Assembly: GCA_944387615.1 (NCBI GenBank)
Contig: CALXFP010000001.1
Coordinates: 1,088 to 65,087, forward strand
Reading direction: 5' to 3'
DNA length: 64,000 bases
DNA from: an uncultured Oscillospiraceae bacterium
GTDB taxonomy: Bacteria > Bacillota > Clostridia > Oscillospirales > Oscillospiraceae
Positions within the stretch are counted from its first letter, which is position 1, and the number at the start of each line of letters is the position of its first letter. Of the stretch, positions 1 to 9,527 are shown one piece after another. The translations under genes and the position numbers were made by a program. The notes below the pieces were generated by a model. It was not told the origin of the DNA. It searched no databases and saw only the letters and a program-made list of their open reading frames with translations.

Positions 1-1799
1 GGATAGGAGCTGATTCCGGCGCTGAAAGTCAGAAATTTTTTGGTTTTTCCATCGGCGGACATGATTTCCTTCGTCAGCCATTCTTTTGCGCTTTTTGCAC
101 ACTCCAAAGCGGTAGCCGGGGGACAGAAGGGGAAGCTGATGACAAATTCCTTGCCACCATAGCGGGCCACGGTACCCCGGTTGTTTACCAGGTATTTCAG
201 CGCTTCTCCAAAACGCTTGAGAATCCGGTCGCCTTCCGCGGTGCCATAGAGTTCGTTGTACAGCCGGAAATCATCCAGATTGATAATCATCAGCGTAATC
301 TGGTCATGTTTGGAAAGGGCAAATTCTTTCGCAATGTTTTCCAGGAAATATCCCCGGTTATACAGATTGGTCAAAGGATCTTTATGGGCTTTGCGCTTCA
401 GCTCTTCACACAGCGCTGCATTGTTCAGGGCAATGGAGAGGACCGCGGCAGTGGATTCCAGGAACGTCATATTGCTGACGGAAATTCCCTTGTGCTTTTT
501 GGCGGCCGCATCATTCAGCGAGATCAACGTAACTGCCACGAGTTCGTGGTTGCTGATGACGGGGAGAATCACATTTACGTTCATCTCCTCCAGCCGCTTT
601 TTTTCGTTTCTCCACATGGCCCGGAAGTTCTTGGTCTTGGAGAAATTTTCATAGCTGATGGCCTGCATATGCTCTTTCAGCCAGGTAATCATCGGATGAT
701 CGGCACCAAAGGCGTCCCGATTGGCGATGGACATATCCGTGGTGCTTTTCATACAATAGCTGCCGTTTTTGCGGTTCATCAGGAAAACCCGGGCAGTCTG
801 GCCGGGGAAATTCTGCTGTAAAAAATCGCAGTACAGCGCCAGCAGTTCATCCAGCTGCAAAATCTTGTTCACGGCAGTGCTGAATTCCCGAAGATTCTGT
901 TCCTGAAGTTCGGTGCCTTTCAGCAGCAGATTTTCCATCAGACGATAAAACAGACGGTGAAACACCAGGGTGGTTATGGTCAGCATCGCTGCCATTACGA
1001 TGGTTTCATAGGACTTATAGTCGCCGAAATAGCGAAGATAGAGACCGTGGAACTCGTCATACACGTTCAGGAACAGCAGAACAGAGATGACCAGAGAAAC
1101 CACATAAATCGGAGCGTTGTTGGTAAATCCCCGCAGCTGTACCACCCGGCGCTGGTAAAGCATGTAGTACAGGCAGATGGCATTGATGGTGCACGAGAAG
1201 GTGTCCACCGGTATGGAAACCATCTGGGGAAGGGCGGCGGATACGGTGCCTACAAACATGACACCCACGCCAAAGAACATGGGCGTGAACTGCCGCATGG
1301 GAACATTGCCGGTGCGGCAATTTTTATACACCACATATCCGGCCAGCCCCAAGGTGATCACTGCCAGCAAGATCGGGGCAATGATCCAGGGAGATACGCC
1401 ATACTCAAACCGCCATTCGGTACCGTCAAAGCGGATCTGGGGATCAATGATAAATACATTGCTCAGATTCAGAACAATTACCAGAATCCAGAGAACCAGC
1501 AAAATACCTTTTGTAAAGGTGCCTTTGGAGTTGGTAAACCGGTAAACAAAGTTGTAGATGCAAAACGGAACCAGAAAAATGCCGGTAATGGAGACCATAT
1601 ACCAGAATTCCGGACTGGGGAACAGCTTCATCCGCAAAAACAGCGAGCCGGTGGACCATGCGGTAAACGACAGCAGCAGATGAATAAATGCAGAAATCAG
1701 CCGGTCTCTCTTGACACTGACAACGGTAAACAGCAAGAAAACATTGCAGATTACAGACAGCAGCGGAACAATCACGAAGAGGCGTTCATTCAGTGACAC
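1..1799 (-). CDS. Membrane sensor: HisKA_7TM-like N-terminus + GAF + degenerate GGDEF domain (3' end runs off the window)
   Basis: Not in the ORF track because no stop falls in the window. Manual translation from GTG at 1799 (RBS GGAGG 8 nt upstream) gives a multi-TM N-terminus, a GAF-like segment ending STAAVLSIALNNAAL, then DPLTNLYNR...INLDDFRLYNELYG...ARYGGKEF. Confidence 0.85.
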   Translation of the reverse strand, partial: MSLNERLFVIVPLLSVICNVFLLFTVVSVKRDRLISAFIHLLLSFTAWSTGSLFLRMKLFPSPEFWYMVSITGIFLVPFCIYNFVYRFTNSKGTFTKGILLVLWILVIVLNLSNVFIIDPQIRFDGTEWRFEYGVSPWIIAPILLAVITLGLAGYVVYKNCRTGNVPMRQFTPMFFGVGVMFVGTVSAALPQMVSIPVDTFSCTINAICLYYMLYQRRVVQLRGFTNNAPIYVVSLVISVLLFLNVYDEFHGLYLRYFGDYKSYETIVMAAMLTITTLVFHRLFYRLMENLLLKGTELQEQNLREFSTAVNKILQLDELLALYCDFLQQNFPGQTARVFLMNRKNGSYCMKSTTDMSIANRDAFGADHPMITWLKEHMQAISYENFSKTKNFRAMWRNEKKRLEEMNVNVILPVISNHELVAVTLISLNDAAAKKHKGISVSNMTFLESTAAVLSIALNNAALCEELKRKAHKDPLTNLYNRGYFLENIAKEFALSKHDQITLMIINLDDFRLYNELYGTAEGDRILKRFGEALKYLVNNRGTVARYGGKEFVISFPFCPPATALECAKSAKEWLTKEIMSADGKTKKFLTFSAGISSY

Positions 1800-3429
1800 A
1801 GAATACGCCTCCTTCCTGCACGGACTCCTTCTGGATACGCAGAATCTCCAGAACGCTTTCCTTGGAGGTGCCTACCCGGGGAATCTTGCAGCCGTTTTCT
1901 TTTTCGTACTGTGCCACCACGCCGCGCTTCAGAATGGTGACCTTCAGAGGGTCCACATTCAGCAGCCGCTTCAGGTCACTGTAATCTCCGTCGTAAGAGC
2001 GGAAATACAGTGCCAGGTGATCCCGCAGAAGCTGACGGCTCAAAGCTGCGCTTTGGGTGTCTTCCGGGTCCAGCTCCACATACAAATTCAGGAAGGAACG
2101 GCCGGTTTCGTCATATTCTTTGATGGCGAACCAGGTTTCGATGGGCAGACGGGACAGGGTAATCACCCGCTCGATTTCCCGCTGGGTAATGCGGGTGAAG
2201 CCGGCGATGTCAATTACCGTGGGAATCCGGTCTACATACTCAAATTGCGGCAGCTCGATTTTGTCCGACGCATTGCGAAGCCGCAGGCAGCGGTATACAT
2301 CGCCCACCCGGTAACGCAAAAATGCGCCGCCTTTCAGCACGGTGATGACCAGCTCGTATTTCTGACCGGCAACCAGCTCATCCATCAGATAGGTCTTGGG
2401 AACATAACCGGGCTCGGACATTTCCTTATACAGTTCCATCTCCGGAATGAACTCATAGAAGCATGCGTCGGGGAACAGAACCAGTCCGTCTTTGCTCCAG
2501 GTTTCCGTACCCATGCACGACGGCTCTGTGCCGCCGGCAATTTCCAGAGGACGGATACCCCACGCTTCTTCCAGCTCATTTTTGTAAAGAGCGGTGTCGG
2601 TGCCTACGCAGACAAAACCCTGCAGGCGGAACAAATCCTTGGGTTTGACGGAAACGCCGTCCCGTTTTTCCCGATACCGGGCCGCCATCAGCCGCCAGAG
2701 CATCTTGGGATTCATGGACAGCAGGTCTTTCAGATGTATTTTCCCTCCGGATTTCTGAATCAGTGTATCCAGGCTCTTGGTTGCGCCGTAGAGCACGCTG
2801 CTCATACCGAAGAACAGATTCATATCATGCTTGATGGCCAGCTTATAGCCGTCTTTCATCTGCTGGCCAAAGGACATTTTCCGGGCTTCCCGCACCGAGG
2901 GCATAAACCGAAGGTAGATTTCCGAACTGATCAGATCCGGGAACATACCGGTAGCATAGGGCAGGGGAGCAAGGCTGTACAGCACCCGCATGCCGGGACG
3001 GACACAGAAGTGATTGCGTCCCCGGCTGGTTGCCAGGAGCATGGCGCCGAGAATGTTGGTTTTGTATGTTTCCAGCATGCTCTCGGTGTAAGGTGCCCGT
3101 TTGGAGGGGAAATCGCCGCCTTCCCAGGTGGTGTGCAGCCAGAGCACCGGCTTTTCCGGCAGCATCTCATCTTTTTGCGGGAGCAGAACATCGGCGTAGT
3201 CTTCAAATTTTGTCAGAGGCACTTTGGTACGGAACTCTTCGACACTGGTGGGCACACCCTGCCGGAAGAAGCGCTTGCCCAATTCACAGTGGGACATCAG
3301 CTCAATCTGCTCCAGCAAAAGCCGCTTCTGGATGTTCATGTACTCCGGCAGTGTCAGATCCAGAAAACCGCAGTATTCCTGCCATATTTCGTTTGCGGGG
3401 CATTTGCGCAGCTTTTCTTCAAACGTCAT
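1786..3429 (-). CDS. GH3 (auxin-responsive promoter) family acyl-adenylate/amido synthetase
   Basis: GH3 motifs: FRTKVPLTKFEDY, AGGTE (motif II-like), FYEFIP, YELVITVLKGGAFLRYRVGD (motif III). Confidence 0.85.
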   Translation of the reverse strand: MTFEEKLRKCPANEIWQEYCGFLDLTLPEYMNIQKRLLLEQIELMSHCELGKRFFRQGVPTSVEEFRTKVPLTKFEDYADVLLPQKDEMLPEKPVLWLHTTWEGGDFPSKRAPYTESMLETYKTNILGAMLLATSRGRNHFCVRPGMRVLYSLAPLPYATGMFPDLISSEIYLRFMPSVREARKMSFGQQMKDGYKLAIKHDMNLFFGMSSVLYGATKSLDTLIQKSGGKIHLKDLLSMNPKMLWRLMAARYREKRDGVSVKPKDLFRLQGFVCVGTDTALYKNELEEAWGIRPLEIAGGTEPSCMGTETWSKDGLVLFPDACFYEFIPEMELYKEMSEPGYVPKTYLMDELVAGQKYELVITVLKGGAFLRYRVGDVYRCLRLRNASDKIELPQFEYVDRIPTVIDIAGFTRITQREIERVITLSRLPIETWFAIKEYDETGRSFLNLYVELDPEDTQSAALSRQLLRDHLALYFRSYDGDYSDLKRLLNVDPLKVTILKRGVVAQYEKENGCKIPRVGTSKESVLEILRIQKESVQEGGVFCVTE

Positions 3430-3471
3430 GCTGATTTGCCTTCCTTCTCTCTCTTCTATGCAAACAAGTCC

Positions 3472-4041
3472 TCAGCCGCCAAGGAACCGCCGGACGCTTC
3501 CGGGAGTAGGCAGCAGAAATGGGGTTTCTTTTTGATAGTGGGCGTAGTTTTCAATGCTCAGCGGGAAAATCATGCGGTCCTGCCAATAAGCATAGGCGGC
3601 ATCTGCTGCAGTAAACAGCACAGTGGCTATCAGCCAATGGATGCCGCCGCAGGCGCACCAGAGAAACAGATACACGCCGCACAGCCACAAGACGCCGGGA
3701 TGCCGGCACAGCGCATAAACTCCGGTGCACACCAGCGGGTATTTTTCCCCACTGTTTGCCGGAAGGCCGCTGCTTCCATTGCTGTGCAGGACGAAAAAAA
3801 CGGAGTGCACCAACAGCCCCAGCATCAATGCCACGCCGCACCAGCTCATGGCGCTGAGCAGGATGCTGCCATTGCAGAAGGGGCCGCTTATCAGCATGGC
3901 CAGCGTTGCGCCGCTGAGCATCAGGCATCCTGCGATGAACAGGCAGGCTCCGTTTTTAACCCCTTTCACCACACACAGCCAGTCCGACAGCGCCATCACC
4001 AGAAAGGATACCGTGCCGATGAGCAAATACAATGTCATCAT
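3472..4041 (-). CDS. PEMT/ICMT-family integral membrane methyltransferase
   Basis: Hydrophobic protein with LVCTGVYALCRHP and C-terminal YAHYQKETPFLLP; ATGA overlap with the DegV stop. Confidence 0.75.
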   Translation of the reverse strand: MMTLYLLIGTVSFLVMALSDWLCVVKGVKNGACLFIAGCLMLSGATLAMLISGPFCNGSILLSAMSWCGVALMLGLLVHSVFFVLHSNGSSGLPANSGEKYPLVCTGVYALCRHPGVLWLCGVYLFLWCACGGIHWLIATVLFTAADAAYAYWQDRMIFPLSIENYAHYQKETPFLLPTPGSVRRFLGG

Positions 4042-4883
4042 TTTTCCGTGAAAGACAGTCCCAGGCATCCGGCTCCGGTATAGACGCCGATTACGGCGCC
4101 AACCCAGCCGATGCGAATCTGCGCCTGGGGGTCCAGTTCCAGAATCCGCTGTTTGACCTGCTGGGCCAGATCTTCTCGGTCAGCGTGGAAAAGGAATACT
4201 TCCCCACCGTACTGGGCCTTGCTTTTGTACAGGGAGATCACCCGTTCCACGGCATTGGCATATCCGCGCACAATGCCGATATCCCGAACCAGACCGTCCC
4301 GGAACGTCAGAATCGGCTTGACTTTCAGCAAATCTGCAGCCAGCACCCGAATGGCGCCGACCCGTCCGCCTCTGCGGGCATTTTCCAGGGACTCCATAAC
4401 GAAATAGACACCGACCTTCGGCCGCAGCTGATCCAGTCGGGCAACAATCTGCCCGGCGCTAAGCCCCTCTTTGGCCATCCGTCCGGCTTCTCTTGCCAGC
4501 ACGGCCAGGCCAAAGGAGACCTGCAAAGAGTCATAAACGGTGATGGGGGTGGTGAAGCCCTGATCCTTTAACAGCTCTCTGGCGCTGCATGCGGTGTTGT
4601 ATGCACCGGACATTTTGCTGGTTGGACTCAGACACAGAACCTCGTCCCCCTCGCCAACCGTTTGAAATGCCTGCATGCACTGCTCCAGATTGGGATGGGC
4701 GGTGGTAGGAAGCTGAGTGGAGGAAGCCAGTCTGCGATACAGGGTTGGGGCATCTACATCCAGGTTATTCATATACTGCTCTTCCGGAGAAAACACGATC
4801 ACATCCGGAATCATGGTAACACCATACTCCGCAGCCCACTGCGGAGTCAGATCGCAAATGGAGTTTGTAAAAACCTTTACCAT
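4038..4883 (-). CDS. DegV/FakB family fatty-acid-binding protein
   Basis: TNSICDL, PTTAHP, SKMSGAY, DSLQVS, GGRVG, LKVKPIL, GAVIGVYTG; ATG 4883 with AGGAG RBS. Confidence 0.9.
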   Translation of the reverse strand: MVKVFTNSICDLTPQWAAEYGVTMIPDVIVFSPEEQYMNNLDVDAPTLYRRLASSTQLPTTAHPNLEQCMQAFQTVGEGDEVLCLSPTSKMSGAYNTACSARELLKDQGFTTPITVYDSLQVSFGLAVLAREAGRMAKEGLSAGQIVARLDQLRPKVGVYFVMESLENARRGGRVGAIRVLAADLLKVKPILTFRDGLVRDIGIVRGYANAVERVISLYKSKAQYGGEVFLFHADREDLAQQVKQRILELDPQAQIRIGWVGAVIGVYTGAGCLGLSFTEK

Positions 4884-4933
4884 GGAATTCACTCCTGTTT
4901 TTATAAGATCAACTGCCCGATCAAAGGAAATCT

Positions 4934-5890
4934 TCAGGAATCCTCAAACAGCCGGCAGCCGTTTTTGGAGGTGCGCTTGACCTGATACAGGGCTGTATCT
5001 GCCTGCCGGAACGTATCCTGGAGGGAATCGCAAGGTTTTTTCCTGGCAATTCCGATGGAGATGTGGACGTCGATGGAAAAATCTCTGCCAACATATTGCT
5101 GGACATTTTTTACCATGCGCAGGGCAACAGCCAATGCAGCATCATCCGAATCGATGCCGATACACAGCACGGCAAGTTCATCGCCGCCAATCCGGCCCAC
5201 AATGTCTTTTTCCCGAACGGCGCTGCGCAGAATTTGCCCGGCTCGTTTGAGCACAGCATCTCCCGTCAGATGCCCATAGGTATCATTGATTTGCTTGAAA
5301 TTGTCCAGATCCACCACCATCAAATAGCAGTTGTCAAGACTGACGCTATTCTGTGCCGAGTCAAAGAAAGCCCGGTGATTGTAAAGGGAAGTGACCGGGT
5401 CCTGGTTTGCCAGCTGGGTTACCTGCTGAAACTGTTTCAGCAGTTCGTGAAGGGAGCCGAATTTGGCCCCAAAAGCCAGACAAAGGTGCCCGGAGATCAT
5501 TTTGAAATCATCGCCGCAGCGAAGAAATGTGGCGATAAAGCTGCACTCCACATCGATCAGATGGTCCGGACGCACAGTGGCGGAGGCAGTTGGATCATCT
5601 CCCAGAATATGCAGATTTCCAAATACCTGACCAACCTGGTCCTGAAGGAAACGTTGGTGGTACTGGGCATTGGTGAAACGGAAGGATAGGTGCACCTTTT
5701 CCTGCTTTTTTCGCAGCAGCAATTCCTCAATGGCGTCAAGGCCCACACACATCTGGGAATCTTCCAATCCGCTGAGGATGCAGTCTTGGTGAAAGTAATG
5801 GAAAACACGACGCAGTCCGGCGCTGTCCGGCTGCAAAAAGAAAGCGTGAAATATTTCCTTGACACGCTCTGTCAGGGGAATGGCAGACAT
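4934..5890 (-). CDS. Diguanylate cyclase with N-terminal NTF2/SnoaL-like domain
   Basis: DPVTSLYN, DLDNFKQINDTYGH, RIGGDEL A-site, RxxD (REKD) I-site, ADTALYQVK. The N-terminal fold call is inference. Confidence 0.85.
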   Translation of the reverse strand: MSAIPLTERVKEIFHAFFLQPDSAGLRRVFHYFHQDCILSGLEDSQMCVGLDAIEELLLRKKQEKVHLSFRFTNAQYHQRFLQDQVGQVFGNLHILGDDPTASATVRPDHLIDVECSFIATFLRCGDDFKMISGHLCLAFGAKFGSLHELLKQFQQVTQLANQDPVTSLYNHRAFFDSAQNSVSLDNCYLMVVDLDNFKQINDTYGHLTGDAVLKRAGQILRSAVREKDIVGRIGGDELAVLCIGIDSDDAALAVALRMVKNVQQYVGRDFSIDVHISIGIARKKPCDSLQDTFRQADTALYQVKRTSKNGCRLFEDS

Positions 5891-5990
5891 ACAAATACCT
5901 CGCACTTTCTGCTCCTACGACAGCCTGATTGCCCGGACATACCGGTATCTGGTTTGCGGCATTCTTCAGAAAGCGTATTACACGGATACC

Positions 5991-6019
5991 ATCATATCAG
6001 TTCGTGAAAAAATTGTCAA
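5991..6019 (-). promoter_or_regulatory. sigma-A promoter for the GGDEF-DegV-PEMT-GH3 operon
   Basis: TTGACA-17 nt-TATGAT on the minus strand. Confidence 0.7.
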
Positions 6020-6141
6020 TGGAGAGGATTGCAAAATTGTAAAAATTTGTAATCTTTTGTCGGAAAAGAAAGACAGTATACAAAAGAGAGATTCTGTGGT
6101 ATAATTACGCCCGTTATCTTGACAATAAGGAGTATCCCCTC

Positions 6142-8124
6142 ATGGTTTCCACAGCCGGAAAGTATTTGCAAAAGAAAGACATATCGGCGAAACGCGTATC
6201 TGCCTGGCTGATTCCCGCTTCCTTTTTTCTGATTGAGTTATTTGCCTTTGTTTTTCTCAAAACAACAGTGCAGGAGCAGACTCAAAGCGTATCATCCCAG
6301 CTCTCTTCCGGAGAAGAGACTTCTGCTTTTTTTGCCTGGTGGCCGCTGGTGTTCGGCGGCGTTTGGACGGTTTTGTTAACGGGGCTGATTTCTGCGTTAC
6401 CTGGCAAACTTGCCAGAGTTGCATACGGCATCAGCTATTTCCTGTTCCTGATTTATTCGTTCATCCAAACCGGATATTATCTGCTGTTTCAGGGAATGAT
6501 CTGGATCTCTGATTTTCGGTATGCCTCCGAAGGTGCGGATTATCTGGATGTCCTGCTGAGTTATCCGATCTCCTGGTGGATTTGTCTGCCGGTAATGATC
6601 GGCATCGGCGTGTTCACCCTTTGGAACTTCCCCAAAAACCAAAAGTACTGGAAAAATCAGCTGCTCAGCGCGGGTATTGCTGTGATGGCGGCGGTGGGAG
6701 CATGGCTTCTGCCCCAGTTGGTATTTCTCAGTGACAGCAGCATCCGCTATGCCGAATCGGACTATGGCCGTGTCCAGTCAGCGGAAGCGGCTTATGAAAA
6801 CATGTTTGATGCCCATCGGCTGTATCAGGTCTGCGGTATCTACCAGACAGCGGTGAAAGATGTCTATACCAATTACCTGTATCCCATCACACCGGCCTAT
6901 GCCCAGGCCCAGCAGAAGGCAGAGAAAACCCTGGATACCTTTTTTGACACCCAGGAAGAAGGTCAGGACAATGCCATGACTGGACTGCTCCAGGGAAAAA
7001 ATGTGGTTCTGGTGCTGATGGAATCCATGGACGACTGGATGATTGGAGAGCATACTCCCACCATCGCCCGGCTGATGGCGGAAGGAATGAATTTTACCAG
7101 GTTTTATACACCTGGGTATGGCGGCATCCGGACGTTCAATACGGAATTCTGCATCAATACCGGGTCCTTCCTCAGCAGTTCCGGCGGATATGCCTTTGAC
7201 TATGTGACCAACTGCTTTGACCAGTCGCTGGCAAATGTACTGGGGGGCCAGGGCTATTCTGCAAAGGTATACCATTATAATGAACCGTCGTTCTACTCCC
7301 GGGGGGTGTTCTCTCCGGCGATGGGATATGAAGAGTACATTTCGTATCAGGATTATGTAACCGAGCAGACCAAGGATCAGCTGTACGACGACCAGTTCCT
7401 GTTTGACAACCAGCAGCTGTCTGACAGCTTCTTCCGGGAAGGGCAGAAGCTCAACTTCATCATCACCCGCTCGGCTCACCTTAGCTATAAGTATAACGAG
7501 GTGCTGAGCTATTGGGGACTGAAGAAATACCCCCAATACCGGGACCTGACAGACAACGAAGAAACCAACTGCGCATACTTAAAAGCAAAACTGGTAGACG
7601 ACATGTTCGCAAGGCTTCTGGAAGAACTGGAGAGCCATGGCGAACTGGAAAATACCGTAATCGTGGCGGTAACGGACCACTATACCTATGGCTATAAAAA
7701 TGAACCGGCCCTTCTGGAGCTGTCCGGCGTCCAGCAAAAACTGCTGCTGGAGCGTACGCCCTGCTTCATCTGGACACCGGGAATGGAGCCGATGGAAGTA
7801 GATAAGGTGCTCAACACCTCGGATCTTCTGCCAACATTGCTGAATCTGCTGGGTGTTCATAGTGACTACCCTTACATCGGCAGCGATGCCTTTGATGAAG
7901 ACTATGAAGGATTTGTGCCTTTCGCCAACGGCAGCTGGATCTGCGGCGACACGGCTTACGATGCCAGCACAGGACAGTATTTCTCTGTCAGCGGCGAAGA
8001 ACTGACGGACACCCCTGAGTTCCGCAGAAGCGTGGCACAGAAGGTGCAGCAGTTTATAAGCGTCAACAACCTGATTCTGGAAACGGACTATTATCAGGAA
8101 AAGGAAGAAGAATTATCAGAATAA
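6142..8124 (+). CDS. LTA synthase / sulfatase-family membrane protein
   Basis: About 5 N-terminal TMs, NVVLVLMES, RTFNTEF, SAH, VTDH, DLLPTLLNLLG. Confidence 0.8.
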   Translation: MVSTAGKYLQKKDISAKRVSAWLIPASFFLIELFAFVFLKTTVQEQTQSVSSQLSSGEETSAFFAWWPLVFGGVWTVLLTGLISALPGKLARVAYGISYFLFLIYSFIQTGYYLLFQGMIWISDFRYASEGADYLDVLLSYPISWWICLPVMIGIGVFTLWNFPKNQKYWKNQLLSAGIAVMAAVGAWLLPQLVFLSDSSIRYAESDYGRVQSAEAAYENMFDAHRLYQVCGIYQTAVKDVYTNYLYPITPAYAQAQQKAEKTLDTFFDTQEEGQDNAMTGLLQGKNVVLVLMESMDDWMIGEHTPTIARLMAEGMNFTRFYTPGYGGIRTFNTEFCINTGSFLSSSGGYAFDYVTNCFDQSLANVLGGQGYSAKVYHYNEPSFYSRGVFSPAMGYEEYISYQDYVTEQTKDQLYDDQFLFDNQQLSDSFFREGQKLNFIITRSAHLSYKYNEVLSYWGLKKYPQYRDLTDNEETNCAYLKAKLVDDMFARLLEELESHGELENTVIVAVTDHYTYGYKNEPALLELSGVQQKLLLERTPCFIWTPGMEPMEVDKVLNTSDLLPTLLNLLGVHSDYPYIGSDAFDEDYEGFVPFANGSWICGDTAYDASTGQYFSVSGEELTDTPEFRRSVAQKVQQFISVNNLILETDYYQEKEEELSE

Positions 8125-8127
8125 ACG

Positions 8128-8199
8128 AAGCCGCCGGGATTTCCCGGCGGCTTTGCTGCGCAGTATGGTTTCAGCCGCCGGAAAGTTCCGGCGGCTGAA
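8128..8199. terminator. Two adjacent GC-rich hairpins between convergent genes
   Basis: aagccgccggga-tt-tcccggcggctt and ttcagccgccggaa-ag-ttccggcggctgaa. Confidence 0.7.
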
Positions 8200-8203
8200 A
8201 ATA

Positions 8204-9169
8204 TTACATGGCGAACTGGCAGATGCAGAAGGCTGCGTAGATGCACAGCAGGATAATACCCTGCCAGCGATGGAGCTTCTTGCTGGCCAGAGCGGGGAAG
8301 GTCAGCAGAACCATGACGGTCAGCATCACCGGAATGTCCATGACCAGGGAGGCATTGCGGCCGAAGATCAGGTTGCCCACCGGCACCTCAAAGGGAGCCA
8401 GGGTTACCGAGATGCCGGAGACCAGCACCAGGTTGAAGATATTGGCACCGATTACGTTGCCGATGCCCAGAGAAGCATGGCCTTTGCGCAGGGAAGTGAT
8501 GGTGGTGACCAACTCCGGCAGGCTGGTGCCCAGGGCCACAAAGGTCAGGGCAATTACCGTTTCCGGAACGCCCAGTTCTCTGGCGATGATGGTGCCGTGA
8601 TCCACCAGAAGATCAGCACCCAGAGCAATCAGAGCAGCACCCACAACCAGCCAGAACAGATCCTGCAGGAAGGTTCTTTCTTTGGCTTCGGTTTCCTCTT
8701 CCTCCACCTGATCCGGGTTTTTCAGTCCCTGGCGGACGGTGATAATCATGTAGACCACAAAAATCGTCAGCAAAATCAAGCCCAGAGGCCGGGTGAACTC
8801 TCCCATGATGTATGCGGCCACACAATAAATGACAGCGCTGAGGAAGAAGAAAATCACCGGCATCTTCATGGATTTGGTATTGACCGGACCGGGGTTGACC
8901 GCAACGGAAATGGCGGCGATCAAAGCAGTGTTGCAGATGATGGAACCGATGGCGTTGCCGTAAGCCATAGCGCCCTGGCCCAGCATGGCGCCGGTGGCGG
9001 AAACCATGACCTCAGGCAGGGTGGTGCCGATGGAAACCACTGTGGCACCGACAACGATGTCAGGCAGATGGAACCGACGGGCAATGCCGGTGGCGCCGTC
9101 GACAAACCAGTCGCCGCCTTTGATCAGCAGCACCAGTCCCACAGCAAACAACAGAACAGAAACAATCAT
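8204..9169 (-). CDS. Ca2+/Na+ antiporter (YrbG/CaCA family)
   Basis: Duplicated alpha-repeats GTTLPE / GTSLPE and GNAIGS / GNVIGANIFN. Confidence 0.9.
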   Translation of the reverse strand: MIVSVLLFAVGLVLLIKGGDWFVDGATGIARRFHLPDIVVGATVVSIGTTLPEVMVSATGAMLGQGAMAYGNAIGSIICNTALIAAISVAVNPGPVNTKSMKMPVIFFFLSAVIYCVAAYIMGEFTRPLGLILLTIFVVYMIITVRQGLKNPDQVEEEETEAKERTFLQDLFWLVVGAALIALGADLLVDHGTIIARELGVPETVIALTFVALGTSLPELVTTITSLRKGHASLGIGNVIGANIFNLVLVSGISVTLAPFEVPVGNLIFGRNASLVMDIPVMLTVMVLLTFPALASKKLHRWQGIILLCIYAAFCICQFAM

Positions 9170-9527
9170 TGGGGTACGCTCCTTCGTAAAATATATTATG
9201 CCGGCACGATTGTGCCAAAACAGACGAAAGATTAGAAAAAACCTGTACAATTCCACAAAGGAAATGACAGGCAGCAGGTTCCGGCGAAATATCTAGCCGA
9301 TTGGAGGAGGAATTTAAAAAACGAAATCTTTAATAAATCTTTACTAACAACCAAAATAATTTACCATGTCTTAGCCGGAAAGTCAAGACTTTTGACAAAT
9401 TGTGGTAAGGCGGATTTCGGCTTTTTCTCCCGGCGGAAATCTGACTGCATTTATCATGCAGACATGCTACCATATACTCCAAACGATTCCTGATGAAAGC
9501 GGGAATACATCCATGGGAGGGATGCCG

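Noticed and set aside
1772-1789. ATG overlapping the GH3 stop as the start of the receptor gene
   Set aside because: That frame stops after five codons. The open frame starts at GTG 1799.
1711-4083. 790-aa plus-strand ORF, and similar long ORFs at 12456-14420, 50696-52678, 52506-54266 and 57317-59515
   Set aside because: All lie antisense to well-supported genes and lack motifs or an RBS.
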